Shown one piece after another: positions 53,589 through 63,100 of a stretch of 64,000 nt of DNA. The notes below the pieces were generated by a model. The model made no database searches and was not told where the DNA came from. It was given only the letters and a program-made list of their open reading frames with translations. The DNA comes from an uncultured Azospirillum sp. (GTDB lineage: Bacteria > Pseudomonadota > Alphaproteobacteria > RF32 > CAG-239). Made by a program: the position numbers and the translations under genes. Every line of letters begins with the position of its first letter. Within the stretch, counting starts at the first letter, position 1. The stretch spans positions 2,350 through 66,349 of the forward strand of contig UQAB01000004.1 of NCBI GenBank assembly GCA_900538765.1. Reading direction: 5' to 3'.

Positions 53589-54758
53589 CTATAATTTGCG
53601 GCTTTTCATAATATGCTGGTAAGCGTTGTTTATTTCGGCCATTTTGGCGGTGTATTTTTCAATTTCAGCCGGAGAACCGCCGTGAGCCTGGGCATTGTCA
53701 GGATGCCAGATGATGATGAGCTCTTTCCAGCGGGCTTTGATTTCGTCATTGCCGGCAGTGGGAGAAATGCCCAGAACGTCATAATAGTCCTGAAGCGGGG
53801 AGGACGATGCCGGGCGCAGTTTGTAGCGGTCATGAATGACGTCAAAATTGCCGTCTGACAGTTCGATGATATAGGCAACGTTTTTCAAAATTCCCAGCTG
53901 CTCGTTGTGAATATTTCCGTCAGCCGCGGCGATTTTAAAAAGGTTATCAATGATGTTTTCCTTGAGGTCGAGATTGTCCCGGGTGATTAGTTTTAACTGT
54001 TTGGCATAGCGCTCGTAACCGTCGGCGGTTTTTTTGGCATTGTTAAAAATATTGGCGATTTTGCTGTTTTCTTCATAGGTCAGTTCAAACATTTTTTTGA
54101 AAATGCGGATTTCGTTTTCGCTGACAACGCCGTCGGCTTTGGAGATTTTTGCGGCCAGTCCGGCCATGGCCTGCACAAGGGAGAAATGTCTGGCGTCGGA
54201 AGAATGGAGATAAAATTTTATGAGGTTCAGGTCGGACCAGAATTTGTTCAAAAATTTGAGGTTGAATTTTCTTTTGAGGTTGCCGAAGCGCATGGAATCG
54301 GCGAAGAAACCGATGACAACACCGATGAAAACCAGGAGGTTGCTGTGCAGGGTGAAGCCGATGATGGCGCCGAGAATTTTGCACCAGTTCTGGTTCCAGA
54401 AAGTTTCAAAGTGGGATTTAAAGAGTAAAGACCAGCGATTGTCCGGCATGTCAAAGACAAAGTGTCCGATGATGAAGAAGATGATGAATCCCTGAAAGCC
54501 GAAAGTCAGCGAACCGATGATACTGCCCCAGATAACGCCAAACATATTGTTTTCAAGGCGGTTGTAATATTTATAATAACGGTAGGGCAGAAAAAGGCGG
54601 ATGTTGTCGTCAATGGAACTTATGTATTGTTTGATGAGTTTGCGGATGACGGTGCGGTCGATGAACATATGGCCGATGAACATTCCCCAGAAAAATCCCG
54701 CGGCGCCGAAAAAGCGCAATCCCAAAACAGCCAGTGTCAGTTTTCCTATCGGAAACAT
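53589..54758 (-). CDS. DjlA-like membrane co-chaperone: polytopic N-domain + TerB-like domain + C-terminal J domain
   Basis: C-terminal DYYDVLGISPTAGNDEIKARWKELIIIWHPD (J domain, HPD). Central KADGVVSENEIRIF / AADGNIHNEQLGIL TerB-like repeats. ~5 TM helices at the N-terminus. Confidence 0.7.
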   Translation of the reverse strand: MFPIGKLTLAVLGLRFFGAAGFFWGMFIGHMFIDRTVIRKLIKQYISSIDDNIRLFLPYRYYKYYNRLENNMFGVIWGSIIGSLTFGFQGFIIFFIIGHFVFDMPDNRWSLLFKSHFETFWNQNWCKILGAIIGFTLHSNLLVFIGVVIGFFADSMRFGNLKRKFNLKFLNKFWSDLNLIKFYLHSSDARHFSLVQAMAGLAAKISKADGVVSENEIRIFKKMFELTYEENSKIANIFNNAKKTADGYERYAKQLKLITRDNLDLKENIIDNLFKIAAADGNIHNEQLGILKNVAYIIELSDGNFDVIHDRYKLRPASSSPLQDYYDVLGISPTAGNDEIKARWKELIIIWHPDNAQAHGGSPAEIEKYTAKMAEINNAYQHIMKSRKL

Positions 54759-54825
54759 TGAAAAATCCCATATTAATTAAACATTGTCTTGATAATAATG
54801 TATTCCGCCGAATTAATAAAGCAGA

Positions 54826-55587
54826 TTATAAGGTTATAGTTGATAACTCGACCGGAAAATCAGCGGGAAAGCGAATCAGGCCGAGGTGCGTGTTGCGGCG
54901 GTAGCTGAAATAATTTTCACTGTCGGCATAAGTGTCGTCCTTTGAAACGGCAATATTTTGTATTCCTAACCGGCGGAGTTTGTCAGCGGCATAAGCGCTC
55001 AGGTCAAACAGATAGTGTTCGGGGCGGGGCGCCGGGATGAAATATTTTTGATTCTTTTGGTCTTGAGATAAGAATTGCTCCAACACTTCGCTTCCCATTT
55101 CGCAAGAGGGCTGTTGGATACAAGGGCCGATGGCAGCGGCAAGGTTGGCAATTTCGGCGCCGTGTTGTAACATCAGACTGACGGTGTTTTCAATAATACC
55201 GGCGAAAGCGCCGCGCCAGCCGGCATGAGCCGCGCCGATGACGCCGTTTTTATAGTCGGCGAGGAGAATCGGCGCGCAGTCTGCCGTGCCGATACAGAGG
55301 ATGATGCCGGGGGTGGCGGTAACGGCGCCGTCCGCTTCAATTTGGTTTTGCGAAGCCTGGGTTACAAAAACGCATTTGTTGCTGATGCCTTGGTTAAGCC
55401 GCAGAATGTTGTCATATTTCAGGTCATAATGTGCAGCGATGATTTCGCAGTTGCGGCGGATGTTTTCTTTGCTGTCGCGGGATTTGAAGTTGGCATTGAG
55501 GCTTTGGTAGATACCTTCGGAAACACCACCTTTACGACCGAAAAAGCAATGTTTTTTCTGCGGGAGATTTGGGGCTGACCAGGTCAT
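54826..55587 (-). CDS. pgeF: YfiH/PgeF (DUF152, laccase-domain, FAMIN-like) protein
   Basis: GTADCAPILL and AAHAGWRGAFAGI signatures. The ATG overlaps the deoB stop by 1 nt (TAATG). Confidence 0.85.
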   Translation of the reverse strand: MTWSAPNLPQKKHCFFGRKGGVSEGIYQSLNANFKSRDSKENIRRNCEIIAAHYDLKYDNILRLNQGISNKCVFVTQASQNQIEADGAVTATPGIILCIGTADCAPILLADYKNGVIGAAHAGWRGAFAGIIENTVSLMLQHGAEIANLAAAIGPCIQQPSCEMGSEVLEQFLSQDQKNQKYFIPAPRPEHYLFDLSAYAADKLRRLGIQNIAVSKDDTYADSENYFSYRRNTHLGLIRFPADFPVELSTITL

Positions 55588-56780
55588 TACAAGAAACTCT
55601 TTCCATAGTCAAAGGGTTTGAGGTTAAAGTAAGCGGCGATTGTCTGTCCGAGGTCGGCGTAAGTGTCCCGCTGGCCGATGTTTTCCGGTTTGACGTTAAG
55701 GCCGAACATCAGGACGGGAACTTGTTCCCGAGTGTGGTCCGTGCCGTTATAAGAGGGATCATTGCCATGGTCGGCGGTGATGAAAACAATGTCATCAGGG
55801 CGGAGAACGGCTTCAATTTCAGCCAGGCGGGAATCGAAATATTCCAGCCCCTGTGCGTAGCCGTTGATGTCGCGGCGGTGTCCCCAGAGCATATCGAAAT
55901 CTTCAAAATTGGTGAAAATCAGGCTGTCTTCCGGTGCTGTTTTTATTTCCGCCAGGGTTAAGTCCCAAAGCTCTTGCAGGCCGCTGCCGTGGATGCCTTT
56001 GGTGATGCCGCGGTGGGCATAAATGTCGTTAATCGCGCCGATGGCAATGACATTTTTTCCGGCAGCTTTCAGGCGGTCAAGCAGGGTTTCTCCAAAAGGT
56101 TCGGCGGTGAAGTCGCGGCGGCGGGCGGTGCGCGTGAAGGAACCGGCTTTTTCACCGATGAACGGCCGGGCAATAATGCGGCCGATGTTGTAGGGTTTGA
56201 CCAGTTCATAGGCAATTTCACAGAGGGCGTAAAGTCTGTCCAGGCCGAAATGTTCCTCGTGGGCGGCAATTTGGATATTGCTGTCAGCGGAGGTGTAAAA
56301 AATCGGCAGGCCGGATTTTATATGTTCTTCGCCAAGCTCCTGGATGATGACCGTGCCGGAGGCGGCCTTGTTGCCCAGAATGCCGGCAAGGTTTCCGCGG
56401 CGGCAGATTTCTTCAATCAGCGTTTTGGGAAAAGAGGGAAATACGGGCGGAAAATGCCCCCAGCCTTTGAGGTTTGGCAGGCAGGCTAGTTCCCAGTGGC
56501 CGGAAACGGTGTCTTTGTCTTTGCTGATTTCCGACATGTGTCCGTATTTGGATTGCAGCTTTTTAAATCCCTGTGTCTGGCTGCCGATTTGTGGTTTGTC
56601 GCCGGAAGCATCTTCCGCTGCCTGAGCCAGGCCGAGGCTGTTCAGATAGGGGATTTTCAGGCCGCCGTGAAACTGCGCAATGTGTCCGAAAGTGTTTGCT
56701 CCCGCATTGTTAAAGGCAGCGGCGTCTTTGGCTCCGCCGATACCAAAAGAATCCATCATCAGGATTATGGCTCTTCCCAT
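55587..56780 (-). CDS. deoB: phosphopentomutase
   Basis: RAIILMMDSFGIGG, VFITADHGNDP. Confidence 0.95.
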   Translation of the reverse strand: MGRAIILMMDSFGIGGAKDAAAFNNAGANTFGHIAQFHGGLKIPYLNSLGLAQAAEDASGDKPQIGSQTQGFKKLQSKYGHMSEISKDKDTVSGHWELACLPNLKGWGHFPPVFPSFPKTLIEEICRRGNLAGILGNKAASGTVIIQELGEEHIKSGLPIFYTSADSNIQIAAHEEHFGLDRLYALCEIAYELVKPYNIGRIIARPFIGEKAGSFTRTARRRDFTAEPFGETLLDRLKAAGKNVIAIGAINDIYAHRGITKGIHGSGLQELWDLTLAEIKTAPEDSLIFTNFEDFDMLWGHRRDINGYAQGLEYFDSRLAEIEAVLRPDDIVFITADHGNDPSYNGTDHTREQVPVLMFGLNVKPENIGQRDTYADLGQTIAAYFNLKPFDYGKSFL

Positions 56781-56792
56781 GCGTTTTCCTTT

Positions 56793-58106
56793 CTATTTGA
56801 TTTTTTTGATAATCGGGTTATGCAGCTTTTTGAGCGGCTTGTCTGTCAGGCGGATGCAGAGGCGCAGTTCTCTTTCGGCCTGCTCGAAATCCTGTTCGCT
56901 TTGGGCATGGATTATGGCAATGGGCTTGTCTTTGGAGAGATAGTCGCCAATTTGGCAGAAGTCGCTGAAGCCGGTCGCGTAGTCAAGGCTTTGTTCGGGG
57001 CGGATACGTCCCCCTTTCAGGCCGATGATGCTGAGGCCGACGTTGCGGGTGATCATGGATTTGACATAGCCTTCTTTTTCAGCGTAGGCCGGGCGGATAA
57101 TGGCGGCTTTAGGCAGATATTTTTCCGGCTTTTTGCAGAAATCGGCAGGACCGCCGAGAGCGGTTATCATTTCCTGGAATTTTTGCAGGGCGCGTCCTGA
57201 TTCCAAGGCGTGTTCAAGTTGTTTTTTCGCCTGTCCGAGGTTGGTTGCCAGTTTTGAAACAACCAGAAGTTCGGCGCAGAGTTCCATGGTGACGGCATAA
57301 AGACGGGAATCGACGTTTTTGCCTTTTAGAAATTCGACGGCCTCAAGGACTTCCAGAGCGTTGCCGACATTGCGCCCCAACACCTGATTCATGTCAGTTA
57401 TGACGGCAACGGTTTTGGTTTTTGCCTGATTGGCCACATTGACAATCATTTCAGCCAAGGCGACTGCATCTTTACGGTGTTCCATAAAGGCGCCGTTGCC
57501 GCATTTTAAGTCCATGACCAGGCAGTCAAGGCCGGCGGCCAGTTTTTTGGAGAGAATCGAGGCGGTAATCAACGGTATGGATTCAACCGTGCCGCAAACG
57601 TCGCGGATGGCGTATATTTTTTTGTCGGCAGGGGCGAGATTGCCGGTCTGTCCGATAATGGCACAGCCGACTTCCCGCACGGTTTTTTTGAAGAGCTCGT
57701 TGTCAGGAGCGGTATTGTATCCCGGAATGGAATCGAATTTGTCGAGCGTACCGCCGGTATGGCCGAGCCCGCGCCCGGAAATCATCGGCACGAAAGCGCC
57801 GCAGGCTGCCAGCATCGGCGCCAACATGAGGCTGACTTTGTCGCCGACGCCGCCGGAAGAGTGTTTATCGACAATCGGGCCTTTGAGTTCTGACCAGTCG
57901 AGGACTTCTCCGGAATCGCGCATGGCTTTGGTAAGGTGGAGTATTTCGTTTTTGTTTAACCCGTTCAGGCAAATGGCCATGGTCAGGGCGGCGGTTTGGC
58001 CGTCAGTGATTTCTCCGGTGGTGATGCCGTCGACGAAATAAGAAATTTCGTCTTTGCTCAGGTGGTGTTTATTGCGTTTTTTACGAATGATTTCCTGCGG
58101 TAACAT
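56793..58106 (-). CDS. deoA: thymidine phosphorylase
   Basis: MLPQEIIRKKR start at 58106 (2 nt after the deoC stop). VDKHSSGGVGDK, SGRGLGHTGGTLDK. Confidence 0.95.
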   Translation of the reverse strand: MLPQEIIRKKRNKHHLSKDEISYFVDGITTGEITDGQTAALTMAICLNGLNKNEILHLTKAMRDSGEVLDWSELKGPIVDKHSSGGVGDKVSLMLAPMLAACGAFVPMISGRGLGHTGGTLDKFDSIPGYNTAPDNELFKKTVREVGCAIIGQTGNLAPADKKIYAIRDVCGTVESIPLITASILSKKLAAGLDCLVMDLKCGNGAFMEHRKDAVALAEMIVNVANQAKTKTVAVITDMNQVLGRNVGNALEVLEAVEFLKGKNVDSRLYAVTMELCAELLVVSKLATNLGQAKKQLEHALESGRALQKFQEMITALGGPADFCKKPEKYLPKAAIIRPAYAEKEGYVKSMITRNVGLSIIGLKGGRIRPEQSLDYATGFSDFCQIGDYLSKDKPIAIIHAQSEQDFEQAERELRLCIRLTDKPLKKLHNPIIKKIK

Positions 58107-58107
58107 G

Positions 58108-58845
58108 CTAATATCCTCTCTCAATGGTTTGAAGCAAATCGTCAAGCAACGAACTGGCGCCGATACGGAAGTTTTGCGGGGAAACCCATTTATCTCCCAT
58201 GACGGCTTCGGCCAGGATTAAATATTTTTTGGCGTCTTCGGTTGTTTTTATGCCGCCGGAGGCTTTGAAGCCGATGTTTCTGCGTCCGGACGAGATGTTT
58301 TCCAAAATCAGATTGGCGGCTTCCGGCGTGGCGGAAACGTGTGTTTTTCCGGTTGAGGTTTTGATGAAAGCAGCGCTGCTGTCAATGCACATTCTGCAAG
58401 CTTCCGAAATAAGGGACGGTTTGATGAGTTCACCGCTTTCAATAATGATTTTGACCGGGATGTCTGCCGGACATTCTTCTTTTAAGGTTCGGAAAAACTT
58501 TTCACAGGCCGCGCTTTCTCCGTTCATCAGTGCGCGGTAGGGCAGGACTGCGTCGATTTCGTCAGCGCCGTTGTCCAGAGCAATTTTCAGTTCTTTGGCC
58601 AGTTCGGCAGTATCGGTGCCGCCCTGCGGAAAGTTGATGACCGTGGCGGTTTTGACACCGCTTTGCTGCAAGAGTTTTTTTGCCAGCGGGACAAAACGCG
58701 GCCAGATACAGACGGCGGCAACATTACCGTAAGGCGTGAAAGCTTTGCCGCAGAGTTTTTCAATGCGACCGCTGTTGTCATCGCTGTTTAACGCGGTCAG
58801 GTCCATCAGGCCGATTAATTTTTTGGCGGCGGTTACGTTGTCCAT
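58108..58845 (-). CDS. deoC: deoxyribose-phosphate aldolase
   Basis: LMDLTALN, AFIKTSTGK (Schiff-base Lys), FKASGGI. Confidence 0.92.
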   Translation of the reverse strand: MDNVTAAKKLIGLMDLTALNSDDNSGRIEKLCGKAFTPYGNVAAVCIWPRFVPLAKKLLQQSGVKTATVINFPQGGTDTAELAKELKIALDNGADEIDAVLPYRALMNGESAACEKFFRTLKEECPADIPVKIIIESGELIKPSLISEACRMCIDSSAAFIKTSTGKTHVSATPEAANLILENISSGRRNIGFKASGGIKTTEDAKKYLILAEAVMGDKWVSPQNFRIGASSLLDDLLQTIERGY

Positions 58846-58846
58846 T

Positions 58847-59653
58847 TCAGTTCTCCCGGATAAATTCTTTGACCAGCGTTGTCAGGGAAGCGGCGGCTTT
58901 ATCTGCCTGTTCCATAGTTTCAACATGGCTTTGCGGCGTGTTTTGCAGGCCGGTTCCGAGGTTGGTAATGACGGAAATTCCCAGAACTTCCATACCGCTG
59001 TAAACGGCGCAGATAACCTCAGGGACTGTCGACATACCGACGGCGTCGGCGCCAAGCGTTTGCAGCGTGCGGATTTCCGCCGGCGTTTCAAAACAGGGGC
59101 CGAGCATCATCATGTAAACGCCCTCAAAAAGTTTTATTTTCAGTTTTGCGGCAATGTCTTTGATGCGGCTGCGGATGGCGGCGGTGTAAGCGTTGCTCAT
59201 GTCCGGGAAGCGGGGGCCGTCTTTGTCGTCATTGGGTCCGATAAGCGGATTGGGAAGATTAAGATTGATGTGGTCTTTTATCAGCATCAGGCTGCCGGTG
59301 GGCATATCCCGGTGCAGAGAACCGGCGGCGTTGGTGACAATCAGCCGTTTTATGCCGAGGCGGCGGAAAGCGGCGATAATCGTTTTGATTGTCTGCGGAG
59401 CGTGGCCTTCATACAGGTGAATCCGTCCCTGCATACAAAGGACTTCTTTTCCGGCCAGCGTTCCGATAATGAGGCGGCCTTTGTGTCCGGCAACGGTGGA
59501 GCGGGGAAAGCCCTCAATTTCGGCATAGGGAATGGTAACGGCGTCGGTGATTTCATCGCCGAGTTTTCCCAAGCCGCTGCCAAGGATAACAGCGGTCTGC
59601 GGTTGGCGGCCGTTCAGGCGGTTTTGGATTTGCGCGGCTATTTTATCTATCAT
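58847..59653 (-). CDS. punA: purine nucleoside phosphorylase, trimeric PunA/XapA type
   Basis: VILGSGLG, STVAGHKGRLIIG, MQGRIHLYEGH, VGMSTVPE. Confidence 0.9.
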   Translation of the reverse strand: MIDKIAAQIQNRLNGRQPQTAVILGSGLGKLGDEITDAVTIPYAEIEGFPRSTVAGHKGRLIIGTLAGKEVLCMQGRIHLYEGHAPQTIKTIIAAFRRLGIKRLIVTNAAGSLHRDMPTGSLMLIKDHINLNLPNPLIGPNDDKDGPRFPDMSNAYTAAIRSRIKDIAAKLKIKLFEGVYMMMLGPCFETPAEIRTLQTLGADAVGMSTVPEVICAVYSGMEVLGISVITNLGTGLQNTPQSHVETMEQADKAAASLTTLVKEFIREN

Positions 59654-60051
59654 TGTTTCAGCTCCTCTGCATTAAAGGCATGGGGCAACATTTCGCGGAC
59701 GGTATAAGTTGCTGCGATGCCGTTAAGATTGGCAAGGCGAATTTTGGTTTCGGGGCGGGAGAATTCCTTTATCCGCTGCAGGCAGGCGCCGCAAGGCGTA
59801 ATGATATCAGCGCTGTCGGCGATGATGAGAATTTCGGCAATCAGGGAATCGCCGCCGTTAATCATGGCGGCAATGGCACCGGCTTCGGCGCAAGTGCCAC
59901 AGGGATAGGAAACGTTTTCGACATTGCAGCCGCTGTAGCAGTTGTTGTTTTCGCTCAGAATCGCCGCGCCGACGCGGAAAGCCGAGTAGGGGGCATAGGC
60001 GTGTTCGCGTGCCTGCCGCGCCAGATTAAAAAGCTTTTCAGCGGTGTTCAT
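59650..60051 (-). CDS. cdd: cytidine deaminase
   Basis: CAEAGAI and PCGACLQ zinc motifs. ATGA overlap with punA. Confidence 0.92.
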   Translation of the reverse strand: MNTAEKLFNLARQAREHAYAPYSAFRVGAAILSENNNCYSGCNVENVSYPCGTCAEAGAIAAMINGGDSLIAEILIIADSADIITPCGACLQRIKEFSRPETKIRLANLNGIAATYTVREMLPHAFNAEELKQ

Positions 60052-60165
60052 AACTTGCCTCTCTTTTTTCTCTGTATTAATTAAATTTTATGCTTTAGAG
60101 TATAAATTAGAATTAATATTTAGCAAAGAATAATTAATAATATCCGAAGAAACAGGAGAAAGTTT

Positions 60166-63100
60166 GTGAAAAAGGTTTTATTAATCGTTGTTTCGACACT
60201 GGTTGTCTTGGTTGCAGGCTTATGGATATATGTTGCAAATATTGACTGGAACCGGCACAAAGATAAAATTTCCGCACAACTTTTGGCTCTGACCGGAAAA
60301 AAGGTGGTTTTTGAGGGACCGGTGGAGATGTCTATTCTGCCGTCGCCCTATCTGACGGCTTCGGATGTTAAGGTTTATAATGAGAGCGGCGATTACAGCC
60401 AAAAGCCTTTGGCCGAAATCAAGAGCCTGATTGCCAAGGTGTCTTTGGGGGCCGTTTTCGGAGAGGAATGGGATGTCAGCAGACTTTCCGTCGTTGAACC
60501 GGAGATTGTTATTGACATTGCCGATGACGGAAGTCTGAACTGGCAGACGGAGGCTGCACCCCGTTCGTTTGAAGAACAGCGGAATACGTCCATCAGCCTT
60601 GATAGTGCGACGCTTGAAAAAGCCAAGGTTCATTTGATTGATGCCCGCAACGGTATTGATACCAGGCTTGAGAATCTGAACGCGGAAGTAATTGCCGAAA
60701 ATATTTACGGGCCGTACCGCATTGAAGGCAGCTATATGCGCGGGGACAAGCCGGAGGGTTTTGCCGTTTCTCTGGGGCAGTTTACCGACAATTTTGCGAC
60801 GACGGTCAATCTGGTGGTGAATTATCCGTCGTTGGAATCTTATGTCCGTTTTGACGGTTCGGTTTTTCTTCGGGACAGGACGGTTACCGGAAACATTATT
60901 TTCGAATCGAGCAAGATTGCCGATTTTCTGAATGAGATGACAGCGCTTGACGGCGTTGACGCTTCCTTCAACCAGCCTTTGGCGGTAACGGCGGCAGTGG
61001 CAACGGATAAAGATAGAATCGATTTTTCCAATGTGGTGGTGAAGTATGGACGGACTTCCGGCGCCGGCAATGTTTTGATTCCGCTGCAGCAGGGAGATGG
61101 CGCCGAGCGCCGCAAAGTCGAAGCGGCATTCAACATGACGGACTGGGATTTGGAACCGGCGGCGAAGCTGCTTTTGCAGGTTGTTGACGGGTATAAAAAA
61201 TCCGGCGCGGCTTATTCTCCGGATTTGGGATTTGATTTGCTTGGGGATGTGAAAGCCCTGAAAGCCTATTATAACAATGAAACCCTGCGCGATTTTGCGC
61301 TTAGTTTTGACTGGGTGGGCAAAAAAGTGGTTTTGCAGGAGCTGAGCGGAGCGCTTTGGGCGGACACGACATTTTCTTGCAACGGGCAGTTTGACGGCAC
61401 CGCCGACAATCCGACCTATGATGTTGACGTCAGTTTTGAAACGGGTGAGTTTGCGCAATTAAGCAAGTGGCTGGGGTATGAACTCAAACAGGTTGCGCCC
61501 TCAACATATAAGAAAGCCAAAGGGACGGCGCATATTCTCGGAAACCTGCAAAATATGCAGCTTTCGCCGTTTGAACTGGCATTGGACAACAGCGTGGCAA
61601 AAGGCGAGGCCGGGTTTATTTTCGGCAATCCGGTCAAGTCAATGATTGTGCTTAATATCGACAGCGCCAATTTTGACAATTATATTGAGAAACTGCCGCA
61701 GATTGACGCCGACAAAAATCTGTTGCAGCGCATTCAGGCCAGGTTTAAGCAGCTGGAGGCGTTGAACGGGCTGGATACGCGTATCATTCTGAGCATGACG
61801 CTGGGGATTTATAACGGGCTGCCTTTTGAAAATGTCAGTTCCGAATTCAGCTTGGTGAACGGCGTGTTGAACATCGGCAAGCTGGATATCGGCAGCGTAT
61901 CGGGCAGCGAAGTTCATTTGTCGGGAACAATCGGCGGATTTGGCAAAAGTCCGGTTTTTCAAAATTTGCGGTATAGCCTTGAAAGCAATGATGCTGCCGC
62001 GTTGATTAATACGCTGGGGCTGGAGAAAGAAGGGCTTAAGCCGGGAATGGTGAAGAAGTTTTCGGCACAGGGCGTTGCCAGCGGCAATATTGCCCGAGCC
62101 AATGTCAGGACTTCCACAAAGGTTGAAAATTTGAGCGTAGTTTATGACGGCGCTGTTGATTACAGTGGCGAGATGCCGTCTTTGAACGGCAGTTTGGAAC
62201 TGAAAAATCCTGATTTTGTGAAGTTTATCAATAATCTGGGGTACAGTTATAAGCCGCGGGCTTTTTCTCTGGGGCTTTTGCAGCTAAAGGCAAAGCTGGC
62301 GGGAAGCAGGGAGAAGTTTTCACTGGCAGAGGCGGAGATGAACATCGGCTCAAACCGTTTTCAGGGGAGTTTTGATTTTGACAGAAGCAGCGGCCGGCCG
62401 CAAGTTCAGACGGATATGAAAATCAACCGGTTTGAAATTGAGCGCTTTTTACCGGAGGATGCCGGCAGCGCTTCAAACCGTCCGGGGAACTTTAAGGATG
62501 CCGTTGGCGCCGAGTTTATCGCCAAGCCGGAGCTGAGCAAGGTCAAAATCAATTATGCGCCTTTTAACGAGTTTGATTTGAGCGGCAGTTTTGTTTTTGA
62601 CAATCTGTCTTATCGTGATGAAAAAATGTCCAACGTTTCTTTTGGGCTGGCTATGAAAGAAGGTTTAATCAGTCTGAAAGATTTGAGCATGGCTTACAAT
62701 AACGGGATGGTGAACGGTTCGGCACAACTGGCGGCAGGTGCAGAGCCTAATCTGAAAGGAAAGCTGCAACTGGCGCGGCAGAGCATTTCCGACGGCAGAC
62801 TGTCCGGCAGCAAATATGGGCTGCGCTACGGAAAACTTGACGGGGATGTTGATTTTACGACTTCAGCTGTTTCTTTTGACGATATGTTTAATAATTTGAG
62901 CGGAACGTTTCGCTTTACCATCAGCCAGCCGGTTGTGAAAGGGTGGAATCTGCCGGCTATTGCCGCCGATTTGGAAAAACGCACCCAGTCTGAGGGTGTG
63001 GCGGCATTTGTTCAGGACAATATGCAAAAAGGAGAAATGCAGTTTGAAAGCTTTGGCGGAAGCCTGGTTTTGAACAAGGGGCAGTATAAGCTGAGCGATG

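Noticed and set aside
58736-59707. 323-aa plus-strand ORF.
   Set aside because: It lies entirely antisense to deoC and punA, which have clear catalytic motifs. Its translation is Gly/Ala/Arg/Phe-rich and low in complexity, typical of a shadow frame.
60220-61458. 412-aa minus-strand ORF, together with 61639-61962 and 62863-63654.
   Set aside because: These are antisense to the long open AsmA frame, which has a convincing N-terminus, SD and family motifs. The translations are Arg/Ile/Gln/Asn/Phe-rich with no motifs, so they are shadow ORFs.
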